From positions 1,380,001 to 1,412,000 of the forward strand of contig NC_010085.1 in assembly GCF_000018465.1 (NCBI RefSeq): a stretch of DNA of 32,000 nt. Reading direction: 5' to 3'. The position numbers were made by a program, and so were the translations under genes. The first letter of the stretch is position 1, and each line of letters opens with the position of its first letter. Of this stretch, positions 24,077-32,000 are shown in pieces. The DNA comes from Nitrosopumilus maritimus SCM1 (GTDB lineage Archaea; Thermoproteota; Nitrososphaeria; Nitrososphaerales; Nitrosopumilaceae). The notes beneath the pieces were generated by a model. It was not told the DNA's origin, made no database searches, and saw only the letters and a program-made list of their open reading frames with translations.

Positions 24077-24537
24077 AATCTGCTCTTTGCGATTGTAATT
24101 TCACCTTTCATCCAAGGATGAGGCTGACAGAAATAATGAATTACAGTTTCTTCTGTAAATAAGAACTCATAGGTATCCCCAGGTTTAATTACTCCGGGAG
24201 AACCAAAGTCACCACTATACCCATCAGTATATCGGTGATCAGGGGTTACAGTATGAGCAGTATCATCATTGTTTATCCACCGGACATTGTTTGTAAATGT
24301 CAGCAGCGCTTCAGCCTTTTGTGGAAGATAGTCATTACCGTCATCATTAACTGCACCTGGAACAATTTCAATTAGGAAAAATTCTTCTGCAGGTTCTAGA
24401 ATTGCATGAGAAACTGATGGTTTTGCTAAAGATTCAGGAAGATAAAACGAAGTGTAAAAGACTACAGATGCAGATAGTCCAACAAGTAATGCAATAAGTC
24501 CAATACCATAGGCATGACTAGATGTTGGACTACTCAT
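24073..24537 (-). CDS. membrane-anchored type-1 (blue) copper protein, amicyanin/plastocyanin-like
   Basis: The N-terminal TM helix is 'GIGLIALLVGLSASVVFY'. Cu ligands are His in 'TAHTVTP' and 'FCQPHPWM', which has the C-x2-H-x2-M spacing seen in amicyanin. Confidence 0.85.
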   Translation of the reverse strand: MSSPTSSHAYGIGLIALLVGLSASVVFYTSFYLPESLAKPSVSHAILEPAEEFFLIEIVPGAVNDDGNDYLPQKAEALLTFTNNVRWINNDDTAHTVTPDHRYTDGYSGDFGSPGVIKPGDTYEFLFTEETVIHYFCQPHPWMKGEITIAKSRF

Positions 24538-24561
24538 AATTTTTTTTCGCCTCTCAAGTTC

Positions 24562-24568
24562 TTATAAA
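24562..24568 (-). promoter_or_regulatory. TATA box for the cupredoxin gene
   Basis: The minus strand reads 'ctttataag', 25-31 nt upstream of the ATG at 24537. The same octamer occurs at the Rieske promoter. Confidence 0.5.
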
Positions 24569-24589
24569 GCTTGTTTGAAATTTTTGAGA

Positions 24590-26191
24590 TCATGGTTTGT
24601 TGAGATCACCGGTACCAAGATTTGGATTATTGTCTGCACCAACTCCCAAGTCAGCTTGAGTTTTTGGTGCAGAAACTTCTGGAGCAATAGGTTTCTCTTC
24701 AGGTTTTTCTGCTGCAGTTTCACCTTCAGGAAGTTTTGCAGATTCTTCGGGTTGTGAAGATTCTTCTGGTTCAGCTAGTTTTGGTTTCTCATCAGATACA
24801 GGAGCTGGAGGAGCTGGAGGAGCATTCTTTTGCTGACTCATACCATATCTGTAGATATGGAAGAAACCAGCAAATACCATCAGTATCAATCCAACAAAGA
24901 ACAAAGACATGTTGTTCATGCCAGTCAAAGCTGCATTGTATGCTGCAATGTTAAGGAATACTTGGAATGCTAGTAATGCAACAAGTAACCAGTTAATCCA
25001 TTTTTCAGATAGATCTAAGGTTGCAACTTTCTGCGGACCAGTATTTTTTGCTAGTTTTGATTTTCTCTCTGCTTCATTTGCAAGTTTGATCATCATGTAT
25101 GTAAATCCAAAACTCATAGGAACTAACAATATCATCACACTGTAAAAGAACACAGGATCAATTACCAAACGCTCAACTAATGGAATTGAGATGTCAGGTG
25201 AGATATAGAATCCCCAATAAGTTGTTACCATAATCTGTGCAAGGCTGGTAATTCCAAATGCAGTAATAATTGGTCTATCTCTCCAAGAGAATTTCTTGTA
25301 TCTATCAATAAATGGAATCAATACAAACGATATAATGAATATCAAAGGCCACAGCAACCCTGTTACAAACTTATCATACTGAGTTCTCATGAATGCATAA
25401 ATTCCAGTCAAATACCATTCAGGTACGGTTACACCAGGCGGTACGGTCGGCTCAAACTTGAATCCCAAATCAATTGGGAAAACACCACCAGTAATCAAAA
25501 TTGCACCAGCAATTGCCATAACCATTGGTACATCAAATACCAAGAATCTTGGGAAGTGAACTGCCATCAATCCAAGCATAACTATTGGCAACAAGAACAC
25601 ATGTTGAGCATAGAATCTCAATACAAAGTCCGAGAACCCACTACCCAACGCCGCGTCACGTATGACAGATCCGGCCACTGGAATTGAAGTGGTTAACGAC
25701 GCTGCAATACTAATTGCAAGTTGCGCTCTTTCAGAGAATATAACATCATATCCAGTAAATGCTTCTAAGATAGTAACAACGCCTAAGATAACACCAGTCA
25801 TCCATAAAACTTCATTTCTAATTTTGTATCTTCCACTAAAGTATTGATAATACATGTGAAGAACAGCTAAGAGAACCATTGCATTAGAACCATGATAGTG
25901 TATGTTTCTAATGTGGAATCCAAATGGAACTTCATCGTTAATGAATTGAACACTATCCCATGCTCTATCCAATATCGGTTGATAGTAAAACATGAGCAGA
26001 GCTCCTGAAATTCCTAGAATGATAAACACAATGAATGTTAACATTCCCAAAAATCCAAATGGACTTACAAATCTTGCAGGAAATGAAAACTTGATTGCAG
26101 TAAAGATAGTTCTATCTACACCTTCCCATAACCAATAGAGAAATTCAACTACACCATTTCTTCTTGGCTCAAGCGAAACGGCCATATCCAA
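24590..26191 (-). CDS. cytochrome b (fused b6 + subunit-IV-like) of a complex III analogue, with a Pro/Glu-rich C-terminal tail
   Basis: There are two His pairs on helices: 'HYHGSNAMVLLAVLH' (three His in all, 13-residue pair spacing) and 'HVFLLPIVMLGLMAVH'. The Qo-site motif 'PEWY' is present in 'VTVPEWYLTG'. Many TM segments are evident. The start overlaps the Rieske gene by 23 nt. Confidence 0.9.
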   Translation of the reverse strand: MDMAVSLEPRRNGVVEFLYWLWEGVDRTIFTAIKFSFPARFVSPFGFLGMLTFIVFIILGISGALLMFYYQPILDRAWDSVQFINDEVPFGFHIRNIHYHGSNAMVLLAVLHMYYQYFSGRYKIRNEVLWMTGVILGVVTILEAFTGYDVIFSERAQLAISIAASLTTSIPVAGSVIRDAALGSGFSDFVLRFYAQHVFLLPIVMLGLMAVHFPRFLVFDVPMVMAIAGAILITGGVFPIDLGFKFEPTVPPGVTVPEWYLTGIYAFMRTQYDKFVTGLLWPLIFIISFVLIPFIDRYKKFSWRDRPIITAFGITSLAQIMVTTYWGFYISPDISIPLVERLVIDPVFFYSVMILLVPMSFGFTYMMIKLANEAERKSKLAKNTGPQKVATLDLSEKWINWLLVALLAFQVFLNIAAYNAALTGMNNMSLFFVGLILMVFAGFFHIYRYGMSQQKNAPPAPPAPVSDEKPKLAEPEESSQPEESAKLPEGETAAEKPEEKPIAPEVSAPKTQADLGVGADNNPNLGTGDLNKP

Positions 26192-26774
26192 TTACTCCAT
26201 TTTCTTGCGCGTTAAACTTTGGGGGCAAGATGAATACTAATCCATCTGAATCAACTTCCAAAGTTAGTTTAGGTAAAGTGTTTGATGGTGAAGCTTGTAC
26301 TGATGCAGGACCAACATATGCAGTTCCAGAAACTGGATCATACATACTTCCATGACATGGGCATTCACCTCTTTTTCGTCCCTCATCAGGCCAATATTTC
26401 CACAAACACCAAAGATGAAGGCAAATCATACTGAAAGCTCTAAATGCAGAAGGATCATTTTTTGCTCCACCTAATTCTTCAGGTAATCTAATGAATTGCC
26501 ATTTACGAAATGCTTCAGCATCAAGTGCTGCATCACCGGTTGCAGGATATGTAATGACTTCAGCGTGATTTATTGGGTAAGTGTTAACGTTAGCTTGAGT
26601 GCCATCAGGTAGAATTACAGGTACTTTCTCAAGAGAAGCCTGATTTGGGTTTGGCATGAAATTACCAAATGGGACAAATGGAGCAAAAGCTAAACCAGTT
26701 CCTGCTGCACCCATTAACTTTAGAAAGTCTCTTCGGGATAATCCGGTAGACTTTTTCGTCCCCACCTCTGACAT
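26169..26774 (-). CDS. Rieske [2Fe-2S] protein with a twin-arginine signal
   Basis: The Tat motif is 'SRRDFLKLMGAAG'. The cluster motifs are 'CLHLWC' and 'CPCHGS'. Confidence 0.9.
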   Translation of the reverse strand: MSEVGTKKSTGLSRRDFLKLMGAAGTGLAFAPFVPFGNFMPNPNQASLEKVPVILPDGTQANVNTYPINHAEVITYPATGDAALDAEAFRKWQFIRLPEELGGAKNDPSAFRAFSMICLHLWCLWKYWPDEGRKRGECPCHGSMYDPVSGTAYVGPASVQASPSNTLPKLTLEVDSDGLVFILPPKFNAQENGVIGYGRFA

Positions 26775-26800
26775 TCAAGCTGACGTACTCGCCAAATTGC

Positions 26801-26807
26801 TTATAAA
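26801..26807 (-). promoter_or_regulatory. TATA box for the Rieske/cytochrome b operon
   Basis: The minus strand reads 'gtttataag', 27-33 nt upstream of the ATG at 26774. Confidence 0.5.
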
Positions 26808-26817
26808 CCTTGTTCAG

Positions 26818-29800
26818 TTACTTTGCAGGTTTTTGTCTAATTACAATAATAGAAACAATTCCGATCGCAATTCCAATAGCTATTCCTATTCCAATCCCTA
26901 CTAAAAGCAAAGAATCAGAGTCATTAGATGAAATTATGGTTTCTTTTACAATAGTTTCTTTTTCAATGGAAATAGTTTCATTTTTAGTGGTTTTCTCCAA
27001 GTCTGAAGACGTTTCATCTTCAATTATGATTTCTGAATTCTGAGATACTAATTCAGTAGAGATGTTTGTAAATTTTGCAGCTAATGTAATAGGTTCAGTT
27101 GTAGAATTTCCTCCAAACAATGTAGAGTGTGTCAACAATGTGTAAGTACCAGTTTGATTAATTGGCACATACAATACAGTTGATGTATCATCCTTGTTTT
27201 TTACTGGGAAAAATCCACCACCCTGACTAAATAGAGAATTTCCCAACCAATCAAGTGATGGCCATCCAAGAAAATGTCCAAACACTCCAGAAGGAACATT
27301 AGTTTGAATGATTTGTCCTAGAGGATCCATAACAAATACAGATAGGTTTGTATCATCACTAGTCCAGGAAAGTTCTATAGCTGCAGAATTTACAAATTCA
27401 TTTTGTACATCAAAGTAATATTGTCGCCAATCACCTGCCATGTAACGATTTGTCATATCAAATGCTCCTTTGGTATATCCATTTCCATAAAGGACGTCAT
27501 CATTTTGTTTTCCATGAATTATTATCGTTGAATCATTTTCGGTTATTGGTTCTTTAATTACAAATGATACTGGTGTGTTTACTTCATGCATTTTACTTTG
27601 AAAATTCAAAAATCCCTGATACACACCTGTTTCTAAATCAGTTGGAGTAACCAGAGTTACATCTACTGTTGAAACGCCATTAGAAGGAACAGTTATTGTT
27701 TCAGATTTAGGCCACAACATAGACCATTTAGTATTTTGATAATAACTTGCAGATATGGTATAATCCATTGATGTTGAATTTTGATTTGTGTTTCCTAACC
27801 AGTAAGAGTATCGTGTAGGAACTGGATAAACACCAACTAATGGAACACCATCAAATTTTTCATTTGGTTCTGACACTCGAATTTCTTGAACAGTTCCCCA
27901 AGATCCGCCTCTATTAACTAGAGATATTTCATCACTGGTAATTTTTGTATCATTATTGTTATCAAGCCAATCATACAAGTATAATGAAGAAATTTTAAGA
28001 TCATCAGCATAAACATCAGAAGTACTATTCATAAATTGATCAAAAGGAAAATTTACGTTTAAGATCATTAAAGAAGATTCATCAGGGATGGGATTTTTTT
28101 CATCAAAGAAATCCTCTAGGTCTTCATGAGGTTTTACATCAGATAATTTTACATAATTTGGAATAAATGTATCAGTTTTATTCAAAATGGAATCGTGTTG
28201 ACGAGGAGTTGTTGTTCCGTTAAATTGAGTATGTTTAATCAGAGCCAATGTTTCTGGTTTTACATCAACAATAATTTCATTTTCTGTAGGATTTGAGATA
28301 GTAAAAGTTGCAGTAGTTCTATCCCCGGCAATCAATTGTCCTCCAAACCAACTAGCCATAGGAAGAGAGTGTGAAGGAAGTTTGAATTGCTGAAAACCTA
28401 TTGCAGTGTGATTAAAGTTTTCAATCGAAGGCTCAAGAATTTTTTTGAGGTTTTCATAAGAATTTTCATTAGTTACCATAAACACACCATTTTTTCCATG
28501 AACATAATCTAAAGCAGAGTTAACATTTGTCAAACCGGAACCTTGGGTAAAAGGGTCATTATTCATATCTACTGCAGTAGACATTAAGATATTTTTTATC
28601 ATAAATGAATCATAGTCTTGAGATTGTTTTGTCATCTCTTCAATCAAAATGGCAGCACTTCCAGAAACTAATGGGGCAGCCATGCTAGTCCCTCCAAATA
28701 ATGAAAAGGATTCATCCTTGGAATCTTTTGTAGTTTTTATCATATTTGAGGGAACAAATCCATGAGCACCAAGACTCATCACATCAGGTTTTGGATCACC
28801 AATTGCAGTTGGTCCTCGACTTGAGAAATCAACTACATGATTATAGTGATTAGTTGAATTACCAAATCTTGGTTGGTCTTTGAATGGACCATATCCAACA
28901 AAAACATTGTTAGTAGTAGCCCCAACAGTTATTCCAAAGGGAGATGCATTAGGTAGTCCAATTGTTCCATATCCATGACCAGAGTTCCCAGCACTAGATA
29001 CCATTACAACTCCAGGATAATCATCATCAAGTGAATGAGGGGTTGAAAGAATACTTTGGATTAATGATAAGACATCCATTCCCGGTGCAGATTTGAATGA
29101 TGGGAAATTTGAAATGCCCCAGCTGTTGGAAATTATATCTACTCTAGGTTTTCCAGAAAATTCCCAAATATTATCTCCATTTTCAAATCCTGCAGACCAT
29201 AACCATGCATAAACAGTATCACCGAACCATAATGCCTTTACAGGCAAAATTTTTGCACCAGGTGCAACACCAGTTATTGAATATTTTTTAGTGTCATTGT
29301 AAATATCGTATGTTTCTTGTCCGCGAGAAACAATTGATGCAGTACTTGAAGTACCATGCCCCATAAAATCAGTCATTATACCAAAAAATTCACCATTAGG
29401 ATCTAATGCAGGTAAAAGAGTGCCATTAATTGCATTTAGTTTATCATCAATTTCAGTGGAATTGTTTCTAATAACACCATAAACATCTAAAACTTGTGCA
29501 CCAATTGTTCCAGCACTGTAATCAGTTTTTCCATCGTTGTTTGAATCATAAACAAGAAATTCGTTACCACTTCCCAAAACAATTGGTTTTTCATCAGTAA
29601 AATCAAAATCATAATTTGGTTGTTGCCCAGAAGGTAAGCTAAATCGAGTATAGTCTTCCCAAGAAGTACTCATATCAGGAATAATTGTATCATATACTCC
29701 AGGAATAAAAGAATCAACTACAAGAACAGGTACGACTTGAACTTTGGCAAGAGGTCCACTTAATCCTCCTTGATAAATTACACCAAGACGGTATTCTCCA

Positions 29801-30627
29801 CTTTTTGATTTTATGTAATTTCTATTATCTTGTCCTATTTTCATATCTTTATCTAAAGTTCCTTTAAAAATTGGAGATGAACCAATTTGTGGAAAAAAGG
29901 AATTGTAAATTTGAATATCACTTCCTTTTCCTCCTTGAGAAAGATCAAGAAATATTCCTTCCCTAGTAACATATGCAGAAGAAATCATATGTTCTGGAAT
30001 GGGTTTTGTATAATTTCGTATAATTTCATTTTCGTCAATATATGCAAAAAAAGTTGAATTGGTTAGAATAATTCCTTGTCCATCAGGATCAAGCATAAGA
30101 GGATGATTAAGTTCATCTCTAGCAAGAGAATGTTGTATGTCGGGGTTTGAAAAATCAACTCCAGTGTCTATAATTGCAATTACAGTTCCATTTCCTGATG
30201 CATTGTAATTGAGTTGTGCATTTTTTGATCCAGTGATTTCGCCAATTCGTGTAGCATCAACTATTTCATTATCAGATGAATGAAAATCTAATTTAGAATC
30301 TTCAATTATGTGAATTCCTTGGCTTGCCAATAATGAAGCTGATTTTTCAGATAAAAGTGAAACATAAAAAAATCCATGATCAGATTTTATTCCATATATT
30401 GAATTATTTTCTAAGTAATCATAATTTTGAGTGTTTGTTCCAAAAATCAAATAACGTTTAAAATGATTTTCTACAAAAAAATTTGAATCAACATCAATTA
30501 TTTGAGAAGTAAATTCAATCGTTTGGGAATTATCTTGTAGGTATACATCATCACCAGTAAATGCATACGAATTTGCCAAAAAACTAGATAAAAGAAGGAT
30601 TGAAAAGAAAATAGCCGCCTTGGGCAT
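26818..30627 (-). CDS. very large secreted, C-terminally membrane-anchored subtilisin-like (S8) serine protease
   Basis: The triad is Asp in 'AIIDTGVD' (codon 30166-30168), His in 'HGTSSTASIV' (29356-29358) and Ser in 'GGTSMAAPLVSG' (28684-28686), with oxyanion 'SAGNSG'. I prefer the internal ATG at 30627, which gives the signal peptide 'MPKAAIFFSILLLSSFLANSYA' and places a TATA-like box ~27 nt upstream. The C-terminal TM is 'LLLVGIGIGIAIGIAIGIVSIIVI' followed by 'RQKPAK'. Confidence 0.85.
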   Translation of the reverse strand: MPKAAIFFSILLLSSFLANSYAFTGDDVYLQDNSQTIEFTSQIIDVDSNFFVENHFKRYLIFGTNTQNYDYLENNSIYGIKSDHGFFYVSLLSEKSASLLASQGIHIIEDSKLDFHSSDNEIVDATRIGEITGSKNAQLNYNASGNGTVIAIIDTGVDFSNPDIQHSLARDELNHPLMLDPDGQGIILTNSTFFAYIDENEIIRNYTKPIPEHMISSAYVTREGIFLDLSQGGKGSDIQIYNSFFPQIGSSPIFKGTLDKDMKIGQDNRNYIKSKSGEYRLGVIYQGGLSGPLAKVQVVPVLVVDSFIPGVYDTIIPDMSTSWEDYTRFSLPSGQQPNYDFDFTDEKPIVLGSGNEFLVYDSNNDGKTDYSAGTIGAQVLDVYGVIRNNSTEIDDKLNAINGTLLPALDPNGEFFGIMTDFMGHGTSSTASIVSRGQETYDIYNDTKKYSITGVAPGAKILPVKALWFGDTVYAWLWSAGFENGDNIWEFSGKPRVDIISNSWGISNFPSFKSAPGMDVLSLIQSILSTPHSLDDDYPGVVMVSSAGNSGHGYGTIGLPNASPFGITVGATTNNVFVGYGPFKDQPRFGNSTNHYNHVVDFSSRGPTAIGDPKPDVMSLGAHGFVPSNMIKTTKDSKDESFSLFGGTSMAAPLVSGSAAILIEEMTKQSQDYDSFMIKNILMSTAVDMNNDPFTQGSGLTNVNSALDYVHGKNGVFMVTNENSYENLKKILEPSIENFNHTAIGFQQFKLPSHSLPMASWFGGQLIAGDRTTATFTISNPTENEIIVDVKPETLALIKHTQFNGTTTPRQHDSILNKTDTFIPNYVKLSDVKPHEDLEDFFDEKNPIPDESSLMILNVNFPFDQFMNSTSDVYADDLKISSLYLYDWLDNNNDTKITSDEISLVNRGGSWGTVQEIRVSEPNEKFDGVPLVGVYPVPTRYSYWLGNTNQNSTSMDYTISASYYQNTKWSMLWPKSETITVPSNGVSTVDVTLVTPTDLETGVYQGFLNFQSKMHEVNTPVSFVIKEPITENDSTIIIHGKQNDDVLYGNGYTKGAFDMTNRYMAGDWRQYYFDVQNEFVNSAAIELSWTSDDTNLSVFVMDPLGQIIQTNVPSGVFGHFLGWPSLDWLGNSLFSQGGGFFPVKNKDDTSTVLYVPINQTGTYTLLTHSTLFGGNSTTEPITLAAKFTNISTELVSQNSEIIIEDETSSDLEKTTKNETISIEKETIVKETIISSNDSDSLLLVGIGIGIAIGIAIGIVSIIVIRQKPAK

Positions 30628-30648
30628 CAAATAATTTTTGCATCTAAC

Positions 30649-30658
30649 ATTATTATAA
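30649..30658 (-). promoter_or_regulatory. TATA-like box for the S8 protease gene
   Basis: The minus strand reads 'gttataataat', centred ~27 nt upstream of the ATG at 30627. It abuts the stop codon of the upstream gene. Confidence 0.4.
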
Positions 30659-31663
30659 CTATCTTCTTCGTGCCAAAATTGCAATCTGTAATGCAACTAT
30701 GATTCCAATAGATGCTATGATTGGAAACAATAATGAGTTTAATTGTGATGAGGCCTCACTGATAAATTCTACAGAGGTAGAAATGGTACCAGTACTTTCA
30801 TCAATTTTACTACTTGCAGTTTCCAGAGTGTTATCAAATCCTTCAATTTCAGATTTTAAAACATCCAGTTCTTTTGATGTATCATCTAAAATTGTATTTA
30901 GACGAATTATTTGTTCAGATATTCCACCCAAATCCTGACTTAAGACATTTGTTGCAGCAGAACCGTGAGATGTAGTTCCCTGGCTAAATGCTATAACGTG
31001 AAAGACATGAGTACCTTCTTCAATCGGAGTGTAATCTACATAGTATAATCCTTGATGGAGAGCTTTGAATGAACTAGTTAATGTTACAGTCATACCTGAA
31101 GGTAAATGAACATGTGTGTTTCCCAATAATTCTTTGATTCCTGCTTCATTTCCTATCAACAATCCATCGCTTGTTGTTTGTACAAATACTCGAATTGGCT
31201 GGTTTATTGCAGCAGTTTCAGGTGCAAAAACTAGTGTATTGACATGTCTTTCAACAGGGACATCAACAAGATCAGTGGTGGACGAAAATTTTACATCAAT
31301 TGTTTTGGAAATTCCATTTTGTGCAGTACTAATTACTTCAACAGTGTATGTGCCGTAAGGTAAGTTGGATGAAGGTTGCGGCCATGTCAATAAAGAATGA
31401 TTGTAAGAACCATCAGCATTAGTAGTTAATTGATCAAATTTTGCAATTGTTTCATCAGGTGCAAATAATCTTAAAATTAAATTTTCTTCAGGCAAACCAG
31501 TTCCATATATTTGAAGATTGTGAGATGGTGCATAGACTTTACTATTTGTATACAAACTTAGCCCTACAAATTCATCATCTGTTGTATCAAATTGGGCATA
31601 AGAATTAGGAATTTGAATTATTAGTAATATAGTAAAAAATAGAAACAAAATATTTAATTTCAT
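30659..31663 (-). CDS. secreted protein with two beta-sandwich-like domains, a coiled-coil-like segment and a C-terminal TM anchor
   Basis: The signal peptide is 'MKLNILFLFFTILLIIQIPNSYA|Q'. 'DGSYNHSLL...YGTYTVEVIS' is Ig/MG-like. The heptad-like stretch is 'IIRLNTILDDTSKELDVLKSEIEGFDNTLETASSKIDE'. The TM is 'FPIIASIGIIVALQIAIL' followed by 'ARRR'. Confidence 0.7.
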   Translation of the reverse strand: MKLNILFLFFTILLIIQIPNSYAQFDTTDDEFVGLSLYTNSKVYAPSHNLQIYGTGLPEENLILRLFAPDETIAKFDQLTTNADGSYNHSLLTWPQPSSNLPYGTYTVEVISTAQNGISKTIDVKFSSTTDLVDVPVERHVNTLVFAPETAAINQPIRVFVQTTSDGLLIGNEAGIKELLGNTHVHLPSGMTVTLTSSFKALHQGLYYVDYTPIEEGTHVFHVIAFSQGTTSHGSAATNVLSQDLGGISEQIIRLNTILDDTSKELDVLKSEIEGFDNTLETASSKIDESTGTISTSVEFISEASSQLNSLLFPIIASIGIIVALQIAILARRR

Positions 31664-31736
31664 TTTAATTAATTGCAGAACTTCTCCTAGATATTACTTC
31701 TGGAAAAATTGTCTATAACTTTCGTTAAGAGGGATT

Positions 31737-31752
31737 CAAAAAAAAGAAAAAA
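31737..31752 (-). terminator. oligo-T tract downstream of the partial gene
   Basis: The minus strand reads 'tttttttcttttttttt'-like, ~23 nt after the stop at 31775. Archaeal termination typically uses such oligo-T tracts. Confidence 0.45.
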
Positions 31753-31774
31753 AGGATAGTGTGAACTAGTTTTT

Positions 31775-32000
31775 CTAACTTACGTTGACAGTTGTACTAA
31801 CTGGTGGTGATAATGCCGTAGGATTATCAACAGACTCCCAAACGAATGCAGTAGCAGTGTATGTTCCTGCTTCAGTTGGAATCCATGATAAAGCTGGGCT
31901 GAATGATTGACCGCTAGATAGTGAACCTGTAATCCATGCTAGTGAGACTGTAACACCGTTTGCATCCTGAATCTGTACCAAGTATGCAAATGATTGCTCT
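31775..32000 (-). CDS. C-terminal fragment of a beta-sandwich-domain extracellular protein (5' end outside window)
   Basis: The frame remains open beyond the track's TTG at 31981 to the window edge. The sequence reads '...QDANGVTVSLAWITGSLSSGQSFSPALSWIPTEAGTYTATAFVWES'. Confidence 0.5.
   Translation of the reverse strand, partial: EQSFAYLVQIQDANGVTVSLAWITGSLSSGQSFSPALSWIPTEAGTYTATAFVWESVDNPTALSPPVSTTVNVS

Noticed and set aside
24575-27043. Plus-strand ORFs lie antisense to the cytochrome b, Rieske and protease genes: 24575-24757, 24736-24954, 24909-25145, 25662-25847, 26164-26355, 26656-26904 and 26810-27043.
   Set aside because: Each is fully contained in, or overlaps, a strongly supported minus-strand gene. 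None carries a recognisable motif.
26818-30740. The C-terminal TM plus basic tails of the protease and the 334-aa protein could be archaeosortase-type sorting signals, e.g. the thaumarchaeal PEFG-CTERM.
   Set aside because: Neither sequence has a PEFG (or PGF) motif before the hydrophobic helix. No archaeosortase gene is visible in the window. They are better treated as plain C-terminal anchors until tested.

Overview
The window looks like a compact, low-GC, AT-rich archaeal chromosome segment. Coding density is very high and several neighbouring genes overlap by 4-41 nt. A TATA-like box often sits about 25-33 nt upstream of the start codon, which suggests leaderless mRNAs. Archaeal informational genes are present: TBP, Kae1 and Bud32 (KEOPS), Taw1/TYW1, ArcTGT, Fap7, an aCPSF2-type beta-CASP RNase and an OGG1-type glycosylase. 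There is also a Rieske / cytochrome b / membrane-anchored cupredoxin cluster with no c-type haem motif. Together these point, by inference only, to a marine ammonia-oxidising thaumarchaeon (Nitrosopumilus-like). No database search was possible. Most of the window is housekeeping. The clear outlier is a 6.9-kb block (6804-13670, minus strand) of three tandem genes for secreted, extremely Asp-rich, Cys-paired proteins built almost entirely from thrombospondin-type-3-like calcium-binding modules. Two of these genes are a 2251-bp tandem duplicate of exactly equal length with mosaic near-identity, and both carry ~612-615-bp intragenic super-repeats. Other accessory-looking items are listed here. 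(1) A PLP-enzyme/rhodanese fusion. (2) A PD-(D/E)xK-like orphan next to a membrane protein. (3) A stand-alone PII-like/RAM-domain pair. (4) A small PH/GRAM-like gene between Kae1 and Bud32. (5) A ~1270-aa membrane-anchored S8 protease with a ~240-aa insertion between catalytic Asp and His. (6) An adjacent signal-peptide/coiled-coil/TM-anchored protein. I recognised no CRISPR array, transposase, integrase or rRNA. One tRNA-Arg(UCU) is present.
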